Positions 12,001 to 21,645 of a stretch of 64,000 bases of DNA are shown one piece after another. The notes beneath the pieces were generated by a model. The model searched no databases. It saw nothing but the letters and a program-made list of their open reading frames with translations, and was not told the origin of the DNA. The stretch spans positions 1 through 64,000 of IMG/VR virus record IMGVR_UViG_3300020182_000023; one strand, written 5' to 3'. Origin of the DNA: a virus. Position numbers and translations under genes: made by a program. Numbering within the stretch: the stretch's first letter is position 1; each line of letters begins with the position of its first letter.

Positions 12001-12451
12001 TATTTTTATTCTCTATCTTCTGACCTAAATCACTCTCAATAGCTAAATACTCGTCATAATCAGATGTTTCATTATATCTAGGCTTTTCACTTTCAGTAGC
12101 TTTAGGTGCTTGCGATAAAAAGTAATCTAAATCAATCCCTTCTCCACTCTGTTCTTGCGTAGGTGATGGCGTTTCCGATGAAGATGTTGTAGTAGTACCT
12201 TCCGACTGCTCTAATGGCTCTTGTGAGCCTTCGGGCTTTCCCATAGAGTCTACCTCCTTAGACTCGAAGTAATCTTTACTGAAGCTAGACTCATCTAAAT
12301 CAGTCATCCCCTCAGAACTTAGGTACGAATAAAGTTTATTTTGCTTTTCTTTGTTTGTTGAATACTCACTAGAAAACTTATCGTAAGATAAATCAGTCAT
12401 TCCTTCAGAAGAAAGGTAATTGTAAAGTTTTTTTCTTTTTTCGTTAGGCAT
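6044..12451 (-). CDS. Large internal virion (ejection/cargo) protein
   Basis: 2135 aa helical protein after the tail genes; duplicated LY.YLSSEGMTDL N-terminus; G/A-rich hydrophobic segments; INEKYDAKIAEL motif. Confidence 0.7.
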   Translation of the reverse strand: MPNEKRKKLYNYLSSEGMTDLSYDKFSSEYSTNKEKQNKLYSYLSSEGMTDLDESSFSKDYFESKEVDSMGKPEGSQEPLEQSEGTTTTSSSETPSPTQEQSGEGIDLDYFLSQAPKATESEKPRYNETSDYDEYLAIESDLGQKIENKNMLEQASKSRAYGDDPNMMANYDPMTSLNDQKDAATSEVEATAKKLEEKVNKIINPQLASAKSRIYDTDGKVREEYLSENYYGLRVPNLDKINEEADKYFDDKDAGLKAKFKKSLEDEMQFSIDIPTKKLDKKVEENYQKEYGKSLEGEIGAEYQSEFKTKYGKTLVGLAAKNKSEIDSVNTEYTKVLNDFAKKGQFEVDGLSNSYKESALSLQAEYEQLVANNIPFDQKEYTKKQENLYNQYVSSVDEIVSEQSKLQNEYGAKINRLAAEKNKAYNELATKFSNELSEKYKVSKDIQGKIESVTKKSVKELYDESNKNKEGLISLGSIARLDPLKERYVTSTLSSFGSLMQGWSTSFGGDGEWGEKMEQYFQPNVSSIQSFKDLSLYSVVESSGNLTGSMLPAIATGIATGVATRNASMATRIIATGLSGLATETVDMAGRSYKSALERTGSKEQAKNAASETIDGQIALAPLYMFEGLPFVGAFKKISNPVLRISTGGAVEYASELMQEYPQGLMEKSIEKTGDYEGFIDYASTESFVETGLNMLPVALLGMGGAINKEQNTIASNPDIAMQQIGRIINKKGKDLAKLEISQLYENGNIDESTLEFLGQEIDNYNTDNSEEYNAIKFKRDQVARAAEREEDPVKKKVLNDSVKAFDVMLESSIKGETLNLGEVQIGKEGYIVVPSNPIAYNEGRANTETNGKETTEQPTADMQEGKRDSEEVQQEEDIEELRRAELEPIELAIAKSNETGEVPTVNGNLVGKDDINRINEKYDAKIAELKSKQGGKEVQQKDTKELEDRWTELESDLSSPERKKEFNEVEKELEKREWESIMNSNNPLKSLEELLKKEFKFAEESEIRAAINALDIVDMDDSELTKAATKALLNGDPTKDLGDGILLKVAINEANKRGIPLDKLFSGYVSQFIKDGYSKEKANEMLASALEPILKGATKQDASKALPPKVETKKTPVKEKASKPKVEVKEAELRKARKKELRNKFFNTLNDASRIPTLLADPEFYEYAGMVLEDAVGDFKKFSKEMIKVLGKDIEPELKNIYDKVSLESNKNIDEEGTQSKEQNKDSQKSDGKKGKLRGFAESVLGDKRVKSLSKLRENIKQNPENYYDPQTWAEIQENLDNLSEDELIESMNQTGINIVSDGNNNNAVLAAVEVINRRLAEGKPIDDIVERFAKEGTRMGQLIAQFATLKNSTPAGIMMTLEKFAEKEGKAFTKKQKADLTKLAESMLKSNNKLDAFIKDKGGNATKEDIKTLNELKKQAEKDTKKFYDKSSGFIPMSWSDMTKMTLQGNLLTPMSQATNIVANIAQQGLMIPVDIVSNMSDLVQSIFTGKRTGSLDPMKYVAGWIGAAKGLKEAWGILLKGDSSYAKGEVKKSFRPLTAFTQAISDTKLGDAFGIESGLLPKTLSKKGIELMKESKRALMDGDLEKSSELRDRALSESGIDRNDRLKKIYESFFGAAPEVMFRLLALGDKPFYYFTQYKQLYTQGKRKGLSGQQLRNFVMLPDAKTLEDVNESAAEAVFMEEGLLSKTAIDITNFIEKKAKSVPRIGGALSFLFRTTIPYVKTPSNIISQTIDFVLPPVALGKAVHAYSKGDVKQGNKNIGIFTTGIIMSQVAGMLIAEGLISSPFDFGDDPEDEQNIKRAVGFPPDHLNLSGLKRLLNGKGTELQEGDEVINLKKLGILGAIILIRSSQSEDTYKAEKSKYVNIKDDLGFWDKVSKEGGKYINLGAVPATTKYATEQSFLAGTASLLDAITGGDYETKRWVKQTLGAVSVIGAPNTFSAIDRATETYLHDMRSDNTHSMLESLIVSKIYPPKKIVGIDIYKDFPVRVDMWGEKIKRTPDGKNPLFHQLFDVSKSQTVPHDEKSLEIYNVYRQTLNTKVVPNLPSRIISYNGKKYKVLKDKEHNTLYNEYAAVLGKSRAKMMDKLMSKSSYKESNIERKSELIEKYLSIADKNRDVIKAKRALVDGLDKLAE

Positions 12452-12453
12452 AC

Positions 12454-13683
12454 TTAGTTGAATTGTGGTTTTTTACTTGATTCTTTTTTACTGTCGCTAT
12501 TTTTAGCAATACCCGCCTTAGAACCAAACATCTCATTTAATTTAGATTCGTCTAGCGTATATTCCCCTAAGATTATTTCTTCATTTCCTTTATACGGAAC
12601 TTCTTCTGTTAAATTATCCCTCCTCTGAATGACTATCATTCTTTTTCCGTTAGGGTATTGCTTCATTTGCCTTATCCTGCCATTTATTAAATCGCCACCT
12701 TCTTCGTAAAAGTCAACCGCTCTTATAGGTGTGTCTCTATTCTCTCTTGATATTGTTACCGTATTAATGTCTCCAGTAGAATTATCTCCCATAGGAACAT
12801 CCTTTTCTACACCTACCGTATATCTATATATATCATCCGCATATCCGCTTCCAGTACGTCTAAATCCTTTTGGTTCTTTATTATCTCTTGGAGTATCTTG
12901 GAACGATGCGCCCCTTACATTGTCTGTAAGCTGATTTGCGTACCCTTCTAATGCACTTGGATTAAGTTGAAAGTATCTACTATGCTGTCCTGCAAAACTC
13001 TCTAATGTAGCTTTATTTAAAGCAGGGTCAACAGCAAAATTCTCATTAACTATCTCTTTTCCGTACATCATTGTACCTGTTCTTTCTAATGTAGCCTCAC
13101 CTTGCTTTGCTAGCTCATCTCTTCTTTTCATTGTGGCTTCCCAATCAGCAGCAGACGGTATAGGCGCAAATTGACTACCCGTTATTCCGTAAGCCTTAGC
13201 CATAGCCTCATTAATATCCATTCCCTTGAAATCAGTTTCTAAGCCTTGTTGTATTAAAGCTTGTGCTTGTTCTCCTGCGAAAATATCACCCTTAGCCGCT
13301 TGAGCGGTTAATGTAGAAAGATTACTACCTATATCATTATAGGCTTTATTAGTAGAGTTTATCTTATTAATATTTAACGCTAACTCTTCGTTAGATAAAT
13401 CAGCGGCATTAGATATTAGTGCTTTGTTTTGAGCCTCAATCTTTGACCTTACAGCGGGCGACCAATTTCCCTTCAAGTCCTCTATCTTGCCTAATAGGCT
13501 CACTCTAGTTTCTCTATCCCTCTGAGCAAAGTTCTTTTGTTGAGCCTCTTGTTGCGCTTCTATACCCTTTTGTTGGTACGCACGCCTGTTTTGGTCATCT
13601 ACAAACGATGTATCTAACTCTACCTTAGGGTCTTGCGCTAATCCGTAACCCCTTAAATTCTGTGGTTTTCTTTCTAATGCCAT
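12454..13683 (-). CDS. Putative ejection/cargo protein
   Basis: Q/A-rich helical protein in the podovirus ejection cluster. Confidence 0.55.
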   Translation of the reverse strand: MALERKPQNLRGYGLAQDPKVELDTSFVDDQNRRAYQQKGIEAQQEAQQKNFAQRDRETRVSLLGKIEDLKGNWSPAVRSKIEAQNKALISNAADLSNEELALNINKINSTNKAYNDIGSNLSTLTAQAAKGDIFAGEQAQALIQQGLETDFKGMDINEAMAKAYGITGSQFAPIPSAADWEATMKRRDELAKQGEATLERTGTMMYGKEIVNENFAVDPALNKATLESFAGQHSRYFQLNPSALEGYANQLTDNVRGASFQDTPRDNKEPKGFRRTGSGYADDIYRYTVGVEKDVPMGDNSTGDINTVTISRENRDTPIRAVDFYEEGGDLINGRIRQMKQYPNGKRMIVIQRRDNLTEEVPYKGNEEIILGEYTLDESKLNEMFGSKAGIAKNSDSKKESSKKPQFN

Positions 13684-13686
13684 ATC

Positions 13687-14565
13687 TTATTGTCCTCTTA
13701 AGCTAATCCCGCCTCCAAAGCCTTTTGATGGTGTTTGATACTGAGTACCCCATCCTTGTTGCAGCCCACCAAATCCTTGTGTTTGCGGAACTTGAAAATA
13801 ACCACTTTGCTGTACGGGCGGCACTTGTGATTGAACGCTTGTAGGCGCTCCACCTCCGCCTAAGCCACCTCCAGCAAGACTTGCTGCAAATGAAGATGCT
13901 TGACCTAGCGTATTTACTACCTCCCCTGCCCCTGAGTACATCATCTGCTCTCCCGCACCTTGTAGTGCCATTGCGTAGTCTTGGTCAAAGTAATTACTGC
14001 TTAAATCCCTTGCGTAGTTTTGTTGTTGGTTTCCTATCTGAAAGTTTAATCCTCTATTCGCATAAGTATCCATCTGACCTATCGCATTACCCTGAAAGCT
14101 CATCGCTGTTCTTTCGTTAGCTAACTTCTGACTAGCATCCATAGAAAGTAATTCCTTATACGCATTTACAGCATTTTGGTCTGCTTGTGCTACACCAACT
14201 AATCCACCTCTACGGCTTGCGTTAGCGTTTAATGTTTGTGCTTGTGAGCCTTGTATATTCTCTAAATATTGTTCCTTTAGTTCTTCTGGAATACCCTCTT
14301 TAGCTGCTTCATCATACCTAGATTGTAAAGAGGATATTTCAGACATTCTTTGATTAGCAAGCGCTTCCATTGTGCCTTGCTGTATTTTCTGCTCCCTTTC
14401 GTTCTGAAGGTTTAATGCCATTTCTTGAACCTCTGCTTTATTAGCCTCAAGTTCTCCTTCTTTCTTTTTCTTTCTTCCGCCTATCATTTTAGATACACCG
14501 ATTCCTGTACTACCAAGTAATGCTGCTGTACCTAAAACTGATGCTGCTGTTACTATTCCTGCCAT
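13687..14565 (-). CDS. Putative ejection (pilot-like) protein
   Basis: G/A-rich hydrophobic N-terminus, Q-rich coil, Gly-rich tail. Confidence 0.6.
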   Translation of the reverse strand: MAGIVTAASVLGTAALLGSTGIGVSKMIGGRKKKKEGELEANKAEVQEMALNLQNEREQKIQQGTMEALANQRMSEISSLQSRYDEAAKEGIPEELKEQYLENIQGSQAQTLNANASRRGGLVGVAQADQNAVNAYKELLSMDASQKLANERTAMSFQGNAIGQMDTYANRGLNFQIGNQQQNYARDLSSNYFDQDYAMALQGAGEQMMYSGAGEVVNTLGQASSFAASLAGGGLGGGGAPTSVQSQVPPVQQSGYFQVPQTQGFGGLQQGWGTQYQTPSKGFGGGISLRGQ

Positions 14566-15038
14566 TATGATTGTTTTTTGTTATGTTCGTCCATTGTTAT
14601 AGAAAAAAAGTTATCCTCCACTTCTTTCATATCTCTTGTGTCTGTTGGGTTAGCTATAACATTTATCCAAACACAATCCTCAATGCACTTTATTAATCTT
14701 TTAGTTCCTTTATTTGAGTGCGACCAACAAGGGGCTATATGCTCTATAACACCGTTATCATCTTCCACTAATACCCTTCCTGATAATAAAAACCAAAAAT
14801 GGTTAGTATTATGAACGGCACTAACAACATATGATTCCGCCTTCATTTTCATTTGTCGCATATAAAGACCATCGGTAAAGTTATTGGTAATAGGAAAATC
14901 CTCGTTATTAACTAGGTTTTTTCCATCACCATAAACGCCATCCAAGTTATTGTTACTTATAATAGCCTCTTGCAACCGCTCAAGTCTATCGTTATAAGTA
15001 GTTATATCCGATGTATTTTTTGTAACCGCAAAGTCCAT
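14565..15038 (-). CDS. Cupin-fold protein
   Basis: FTDGLYMR..VH..NHFWFLLSG..GTKR cupin pattern; start moved to ATG 15038 because the track start overlaps the promoter. Confidence 0.65.
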   Translation of the reverse strand: MDFAVTKNTSDITTYNDRLERLQEAIISNNNLDGVYGDGKNLVNNEDFPITNNFTDGLYMRQMKMKAESYVVSAVHNTNHFWFLLSGRVLVEDDNGVIEHIAPCWSHSNKGTKRLIKCIEDCVWINVIANPTDTRDMKEVEDNFFSITMDEHNKKQS

Positions 15039-15054
15039 TAAATACAAAGATACG

Positions 15055-18000
15055 TTAAATAAAGCTTTTAATATATCTTAATGTAGAGCTAAATACTTTT
15101 ACTAACGATGTAGCTGTATTATTGATTTTAGCAATGAAGTATGTGCCTATCATTAAGTCCCCTTGTGTAATAGGATTTGTTATGCCGCCAACAAGAGGCG
15201 TATTCTCATCCATTAGTATGTTAGCCCATTGCCTTCCTTCTTTTTCCTCGAAATCTCCGTTGATTAAGCTAGTGCTTTGTCCTCTTTCGTTTGTTCCGCT
15301 GTCCAAGTAGAAGTTAGTGTCTGTTGATTCTATCTCTAATGCCCTAGCGTTCTTTGTGTTAGTAGGCTCTGCGGCAAAAGGAATGGTGATATATGATTCG
15401 TGTTGAGCACCGTAAAAGTTTCCATAAGAGGAAACATTAGGGCTGTTATGTAAATAGAATTTGCCATCTTTACTAGAGCATAATCTACTTCTCGCACTAC
15501 CGAATACATCGCCTTTGTAATCAAAGAAAGACATCCATTTATTATTCTTGGGGGAGTAATTAAGAACGTATTGCTGTCCTTGTATTACCTCTACGTCAAC
15601 AGCGGGATTGTATGTCCCCGAACTAGTTACGGTTGCTTGTATTGTAGTTCCACCGCCAAGCTTAGACCAATCTCCACTACTTACTGTTTCTGTTACGAAT
15701 GGCGCTGCTGTAAATGTTTTTAATACTATATCTTCACTTAGGTCAAGTTCCGTTACCTGTGCTTCTGTAAGCGTTATTACTACTGTTGTAGGTGGTGTGG
15801 TTACAACTGTTCCCGTTGATGTTGACTTATTGTTTATTGATAATATAAACGTATCAAACTCTTTATCGTAAACGCTTTGTATTACGGGTTTATTGATTAA
15901 CCTTTGAGAGCGTATAAGAACTTCATCAAAAAAGAATCTCATTCCAGCATCACTAATAGGTTTCACTTCTAATCCACTTGATATTAGTACTGTGTTTTTG
16001 CTTCTATCTACAAACATTGATGCTCCGCCAAAATAGGAAAGGCTCTCTGGATTGTCTGATATACCATAATCTGATACAGAATATCTAGGAGTTCCGAATA
16101 CATCAGTAGTTTTGCCTACGAAATTATTACCGTCTAATGAGTTTATTTCCGTTCTACCCATTGGTAAAAGCCCCATCTTTCTGTCGAATAATACTTTTAG
16201 ATATTCGTTTTCAGAAAATATCTTTCTTATAGTTCCGTATTCGTTCTTTAGTTCCCTAAAGTTTATATCGTAAAAGAAGCCTAATCCGTTTATGTTAGTG
16301 TTTTGTACTAACGGGTCGCTCCATCTTAATGTTGTTTTTAATTCTGGAAGCCTACTATCCTCTAATGCGACTAATGGTCTTTTTAAGCTAATAGACCTAG
16401 AAGGCACTCTAATATCAGCGAACGGTACTTGTAGGAAAAATGCACCACCTACCGCAGTTCTCCCGCCAGATGGTATAGTTTTACTAGGAGGAAAGTTGTT
16501 AGCGTCATAATCTAAGAATGTGTAGCTTAAATACATATCACCTGTATCAGCGGGTTCATATACTAAATCCGCAGGGGGTGATATTACTTGGTTTTGGCTT
16601 GGTGCGTTAGGGTCGCCAAAACCCGAAAGGGTAGTTATTAATGAATCCAATCCTAAATGGGCTAAATCCCCATTAGCATCATACCCAATCTTACAAGGAT
16701 ACCCGTACTCTCTCCATAATGCGTTATTTGAATCTGTGCTTTTTTTGTAAACCTCTAAAATGTCTCTGACAGTTGGCTGTGTATTCCATTGACCGCTATT
16801 TATCTTAATATATTTCTTAAAGTTCATTTTATCCACAACAACAGATGCACCAGAACCGTCCCCCTCTACTATAAGCGTAGGAAATGAAGTATATCCATTT
16901 CCCGAATTAGTTATAGTTACTGTTATTATTGAACCAGAGCCTATTGCAGTTGTAAAAGTCGCCCCACTACCACCTCCGCCAACAGCTTTTATTGTTGGGT
17001 TTGCAGTAAAGCCACTACCTCCGCTAATTATGGTAACGGATGCTATTTCTCCAGAGTCTAGCGTTTCAATAACCTTTGATTCATCGTAATGCGCCCAATA
17101 AGAAGATGCCGAGAAGTCGTAAACCCCTCTTACATAATATTCATCATTAAAGCTAAGAGGGAATTGGCTATCTTCGTTGTCATTATTAAATGTTCTTGGT
17201 ATTTGTAGGCTTATTAATGACTGTCCGCCCGATGCTGCTGGCGTATCAACACCCGCCATAAATTGATAGGCTAAAGGTGTACTTCCCTCATAATCAATCC
17301 CTATTGGTAAGTAACATGGTTGCCAAGTTTTAGCCCAAGATGGCGGTGCGTGACTTATTCTCATATTTAGGCTTACTATTACACTAGGGCTAGTTACTAT
17401 CGAATCGTACCAATCCGTCTCTACTTCTTGGTCAATATTCGTTAATACTGTAGAAAGCCTTCCCTTACCATCCGAGTATCTTATACCCCATTTGTATTTA
17501 GCACCAGTTTTTAGTGTTTTTTGGTAACTCGCAGAAGGGGCTGTAGGTCTAGGTGCATAATATCTGTAAGATGAAATCATATCTAAATCTACGCTACTAA
17601 CATCTAGCCCCTCATCTATATCTCCAAATACTATTCTATTATCTTCTGTTATTGCTAATGTACCCGCTTTTTTAGGCACAAAAGAATATAGCTGATTAGC
17701 CTCATTTTGGTCTAACGGAACTTTAGCTGAATTATTGTCGAATATTACTTCGTAGAATGACTCATATTGAACTCCACCACCCGTTACACCCCAATTATCA
17801 GATGCTGTATTGAACTTTGTAAATGTATATTCGTTTGATGCGCTAATATCAGAGCCGTCTATATCAGCAAACTTATACCAATCTCCAGAGTTTCCATTTC
17901 TACAATCTCTATACGCTACCTCTATCTTTTTTAATCTGTTTACTATTGCTGAATTTCTATACACCCTAAGTCTTAAACCGCCGTAAGATGTTGTTGGGTC

Positions 18001-18873
18001 TGCTAATACATTCTTGTTATAAGTATTCATTTCTGATATAGGCGACCAAGCACCATACATATCATCGTCAAATACCCATCTGTACTTAAACTGAAAATAC
18101 TTACCAAAAAGTGAGTTATTGCTTGTCCCAGTATTAGCCCCATTTATCAATATCTGATGTAATGGCTGTAACGGGCATAAATCAAAATACTCTGCTTGTA
18201 ATGCAGTAGGGTATTCAGACCCAATTAATTTATCTACGTTAATATATTTAGGCTCGTTATGATTGTCAGTCCAAAACAATAACGTTTGACCATCTCTTAT
18301 TAATATAGCTGAATCTATGTAATTATTCTCTTGAAAGTTTAAATAGTTGCCTATCTCCTTCCAAATTAATGAGTTTTTTTCGGGGTCTTTTTCTCCTGCA
18401 TAACTAGCGGATGTAAACCCAACTAAACAAATATAATATTTAGTCTCTGAAGATATACCGCCAATTCTTAATACTACATCACCAGCGGTGTAAGATGTTG
18501 CGTATGTAGGTGTAGCCCCGCCTAATGTACCTACTATTGAGTAAAAGTTATCTCTAACTAATTCTCTAAGAGTTTCATCTAAATAGCTATAATAAAGAAT
18601 TATATGCTTCCCTTCGCTACTCCATAGGAATATATAAGTTCTTTGGTTTTCTTCGTCATCTTGTATCTTAACGCATTTATATCTACCACCAGACGGTAAT
18701 GTATAACTTACTTCAAGTGTACTCTTTACATTTTCTAAGGCGTTATCATTCCCCCCATCAGTACTTGATACATAAAAGTTCTTAGCCTCTATGTACTCAC
18801 CTTCTTTTAGGTATCTAGGGTCGGAATCTTGGTTCATTCCAAGATAAAAAAAACGTCTATCTTCTTGTACCAT
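15055..18873 (-). CDS. Tail stabilisation/nozzle protein (crAss-like)
   Basis: GMNQDSDP..GEY..A.N N-terminus, FQFKYRW..WSPIS, W.SFFDY, FEEKEG..W motifs. Confidence 0.75.
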   Translation of the reverse strand: MVQEDRRFFYLGMNQDSDPRYLKEGEYIEAKNFYVSSTDGGNDNALENVKSTLEVSYTLPSGGRYKCVKIQDDEENQRTYIFLWSSEGKHIILYYSYLDETLRELVRDNFYSIVGTLGGATPTYATSYTAGDVVLRIGGISSETKYYICLVGFTSASYAGEKDPEKNSLIWKEIGNYLNFQENNYIDSAILIRDGQTLLFWTDNHNEPKYINVDKLIGSEYPTALQAEYFDLCPLQPLHQILINGANTGTSNNSLFGKYFQFKYRWVFDDDMYGAWSPISEMNTYNKNVLADPTTSYGGLRLRVYRNSAIVNRLKKIEVAYRDCRNGNSGDWYKFADIDGSDISASNEYTFTKFNTASDNWGVTGGGVQYESFYEVIFDNNSAKVPLDQNEANQLYSFVPKKAGTLAITEDNRIVFGDIDEGLDVSSVDLDMISSYRYYAPRPTAPSASYQKTLKTGAKYKWGIRYSDGKGRLSTVLTNIDQEVETDWYDSIVTSPSVIVSLNMRISHAPPSWAKTWQPCYLPIGIDYEGSTPLAYQFMAGVDTPAASGGQSLISLQIPRTFNNDNEDSQFPLSFNDEYYVRGVYDFSASSYWAHYDESKVIETLDSGEIASVTIISGGSGFTANPTIKAVGGGGSGATFTTAIGSGSIITVTITNSGNGYTSFPTLIVEGDGSGASVVVDKMNFKKYIKINSGQWNTQPTVRDILEVYKKSTDSNNALWREYGYPCKIGYDANGDLAHLGLDSLITTLSGFGDPNAPSQNQVISPPADLVYEPADTGDMYLSYTFLDYDANNFPPSKTIPSGGRTAVGGAFFLQVPFADIRVPSRSISLKRPLVALEDSRLPELKTTLRWSDPLVQNTNINGLGFFYDINFRELKNEYGTIRKIFSENEYLKVLFDRKMGLLPMGRTEINSLDGNNFVGKTTDVFGTPRYSVSDYGISDNPESLSYFGGASMFVDRSKNTVLISSGLEVKPISDAGMRFFFDEVLIRSQRLINKPVIQSVYDKEFDTFILSINNKSTSTGTVVTTPPTTVVITLTEAQVTELDLSEDIVLKTFTAAPFVTETVSSGDWSKLGGGTTIQATVTSSGTYNPAVDVEVIQGQQYVLNYSPKNNKWMSFFDYKGDVFGSARSRLCSSKDGKFYLHNSPNVSSYGNFYGAQHESYITIPFAAEPTNTKNARALEIESTDTNFYLDSGTNERGQSTSLINGDFEEKEGRQWANILMDENTPLVGGITNPITQGDLMIGTYFIAKINNTATSLVKVFSSTLRYIKSFI

Positions 18874-19637
18874 TAGCTTTTAGTAAATGCGCTGCTCTTT
18901 CTAGTCTGATTCATCATTTGGTTTTGCGTCATTGAACTGAATCTTTCAGCCATATGATAGCAAGCCCAAGTGAACTTATGCTCTAAATCTTGTATAACAC
19001 CTCTTGGTGTGCTTTTTCTTCTTCTCTTACTAAACAATTCTATACCCGCCTTAATAGGCTCCCTCATAAACTGATGAACTAGAAACTCTCCGTTTATTGT
19101 AGATATATCTTGAAGGTATATTATCATATACTTGTCAGTAGTGTTTAAGCCTCCATTTACGTTGATAAATCCTCTTTCGTAGTCTATACTCCACTCACCA
19201 TAAACAACGTGTCCATTGCTACCGAAATTGCCTCCTAAGTTCTCTCCGTGTCTGCTTACAGATAGGCTGTTGTTTGAATCTCCGTAACCGTTTGATTCAG
19301 CTAACCTTCCCGTAGAGGTTTGTCTTTCTGTATTGCCTTCACTATCAGTTCCTCTTGCGTTGGCGATTTTATTACCCAACCCTAATGAAATGAAGTGGTT
19401 TGCGCTATTTACAATTCCTAAGTCTATAATTCTTACGCAACCCGCAGGAATTACTATTTGGTCGTTAGAGTTTAACGTAACAAACTTACTTACAGGTATG
19501 CCCGTAAAATCATACTCCATCTCCCTTAATGCTTGTATGGCAAAGTCTAGGTAAAAAGATAAATCGTGTGTAGTCTTTTTGCCTTGCTCTCTAAGGTAGT
19601 CTTTTACTATGGATAATATGGGTAAGTCTCTATTCAT
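18873..19637 (-). CDS. Tail ring/tubular protein
   Basis: Size and position; IPAGCVRI motif shared with neighbouring ring genes. Confidence 0.6.
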   Translation of the reverse strand: MNRDLPILSIVKDYLREQGKKTTHDLSFYLDFAIQALREMEYDFTGIPVSKFVTLNSNDQIVIPAGCVRIIDLGIVNSANHFISLGLGNKIANARGTDSEGNTERQTSTGRLAESNGYGDSNNSLSVSRHGENLGGNFGSNGHVVYGEWSIDYERGFINVNGGLNTTDKYMIIYLQDISTINGEFLVHQFMREPIKAGIELFSKRRRKSTPRGVIQDLEHKFTWACYHMAERFSSMTQNQMMNQTRKSSAFTKS

Positions 19638-20257
19638 TATGAATCTGCTAGGTTGTTATCGCTTAAATCTTCTGGAATGTCTTTTGTCAATACATATTCT
19701 TGAACAGCCATATTAATTATATCCAACTCTAGGTTAGGCGGAAATGGAAAATAATCATCATCCGCTATATCTTCGCTGCTAGATATTGAGTGTACATCTA
19801 ATAATGTTTCTTCTGTCTGTTTTGCTGTAAAGTATATTCTATCTCCACTTAACCAATATCCCGTATTACCTTCTAACTCTTTTGAGGCAGAACCATTAAA
19901 TAAAGAATTAAATGTAGATGGCACTTGGTAGTATTCAAATGTGTTATTACAAGGTGTTATCTGATATATACCCATATTCTTAGGGAGTACTAACGGCTTA
20001 AATGGTAGCTGTAAATACCATCTGTTAGTTCTAGTGTCTTTTGTAGGGGATAATTGCTCATAAGTAGATATACAGCCTTCCCAAACCATATCTTCCATTA
20101 AGTCATTACTCCACGCTTGCCAAGCGAAATCTGCAACAACTTTATCTCTAGCATTACCAACAGCAGCTACCATTTCCCTAAGAGATGTCTTAGCGTCTTG
20201 CGTTAGCTTTGGGTAAAGCTTCTTTAATGCTCTATATGCTAAATCTACTTTTGTCAT
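19637..20257 (-). CDS. Tail ring/tubular protein
   Basis: FPFPPNLELDIINMA C-terminal motif; synteny. Confidence 0.6.
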   Translation of the reverse strand: MTKVDLAYRALKKLYPKLTQDAKTSLREMVAAVGNARDKVVADFAWQAWSNDLMEDMVWEGCISTYEQLSPTKDTRTNRWYLQLPFKPLVLPKNMGIYQITPCNNTFEYYQVPSTFNSLFNGSASKELEGNTGYWLSGDRIYFTAKQTEETLLDVHSISSSEDIADDDYFPFPPNLELDIINMAVQEYVLTKDIPEDLSDNNLADS

Positions 20258-20892
20258 TATTTGTAATTAACTAACGCTTCGTTTCCTATTGAGAAACCAA
20301 AACGTCTAACTATACCTTGTACTATTCTTTCTGTATGCTGCTCTGGTATATCAAAATCAACCGATGTAGACGAATCGTACACTTCTCTACTAGATGATAC
20401 CGTGAAGCCCCAAATAGGGTCTAATGGAAGTCTGTAATAGCTGAGCTTAACGCTACTAAATACAGAGTAAGGTTTAATTTCTACCGTATCTGCATTAATA
20501 ACTGCTATTGGATATGCTGTACTTGCTCTTGAGAAACCGCTAACTTCCGATGCGTCTGCTTCTGACTGACCCATCACTTGAAATTGAACTAGCTTACTCT
20601 GTGTTTGATTAATGTAAACTCTACCCGTTATTGATTGCAATTGCATATAATCACTAGGCTTAGTTACTAAGTTGCTTGAGTTCGGAAAAAGATTAACTGA
20701 CACCTTTAATTCATCAGCTATGTCCATTGTTTGCTGTGAACTTTCAGACACACCTAGCACTTCATTATAAAAAGAAAGTTGTTCTAGCTTTGCGTAGTTA
20801 TTAAAGTCGCTTGTCTTTATATAGCCTCCTGACTGATTCTTCTTTATAATCTCAAAGACTTGCGTCTTTACGGTATTTATATTTGCTCCCAA
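20257..20892 (-). CDS. Tail ring/adaptor protein
   Basis: KNQSGGYI..DFN..A, KPSDY, YYRLP.DP.W, DFDIPE motifs of crAss-like ring proteins. Confidence 0.7.
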   Translation of the reverse strand: MGANINTVKTQVFEIIKKNQSGGYIKTSDFNNYAKLEQLSFYNEVLGVSESSQQTMDIADELKVSVNLFPNSSNLVTKPSDYMQLQSITGRVYINQTQSKLVQFQVMGQSEADASEVSGFSRASTAYPIAVINADTVEIKPYSVFSSVKLSYYRLPLDPIWGFTVSSSREVYDSSTSVDFDIPEQHTERIVQGIVRRFGFSIGNEALVNYK

Positions 20893-20895
20893 TTT

Positions 20896-21642
20896 CTATT
20901 GATTATCGCCACTTGTTGATACGACTGAAAATTGATTCTCGTCTGTGCATATTAATTCTATAACATCAAATTCGCTTAATGTAAGTGAAGCTCCATTAAG
21001 AGTTCTAAGTATTTGTCCGTTTGCGCCAAATTTAGCAGGGTCTAAGTCTAGTGTAGCACCCACTCCAACATAGAATAATAATCTAGTCGCTACTGCGCAT
21101 TTATTAATTTGAACTATCTCACCCGTTCCGTCTACAAAATATGTATTACCATTCTTAGCGTTTAATACTGAATCACCCGTAGTAGGGTTAATATCAGTAG
21201 CTATATTATTGTATTGACCATATAGCTGTAATGCTACGTTCTCTGATTTAGGAATAGCTGCTGATTGAAGCCCTATGAATACAGAATCAGTTGCGGATGT
21301 CTTTGGTGATAAAACCCCTCCCGAATTATTCCAATAAGCACTATCTAATAATTCACTTCTAATCTGTGTTGCTGTATCTGAAATTTCACTTCTTATTTGA
21401 GTTAATGAATCATTAGCCGCATACCCGTCATTTATAAAATACCTGCCATCAGCAGTAGAGTCTATTATAAACAAACTCCCATAAGCTCCGTACATTGATT
21501 CTCCGCTTAAAAACATCGTATCTCCATACGCAATCTTCTTAACTTTAAAGGGCTGATTCTTAGTTACCCAATTAATAGTGTCTTGCGAATATCCTGCTAA
21601 GCAAAACGCAGTAAGTATAAATAATATTACTATCTTTTTCAT
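20896..21642 (-). CDS. Signal-peptide-bearing fibre-like protein
   Basis: Sec signal MKKIVILFILTAFCLAGYSQ followed by a fibre-like body. Confidence 0.5.
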   Translation of the reverse strand: MKKIVILFILTAFCLAGYSQDTINWVTKNQPFKVKKIAYGDTMFLSGESMYGAYGSLFIIDSTADGRYFINDGYAANDSLTQIRSEISDTATQIRSELLDSAYWNNSGGVLSPKTSATDSVFIGLQSAAIPKSENVALQLYGQYNNIATDINPTTGDSVLNAKNGNTYFVDGTGEIVQINKCAVATRLLFYVGVGATLDLDPAKFGANGQILRTLNGASLTLSEFDVIELICTDENQFSVVSTSGDNQ

Positions 21643-21645
21643 TTC

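Noticed and set aside
6044-12451. Virion RNA polymerase
   Set aside because: No DxDxD catalytic motif seen; the sequence looks helical and ejection-like
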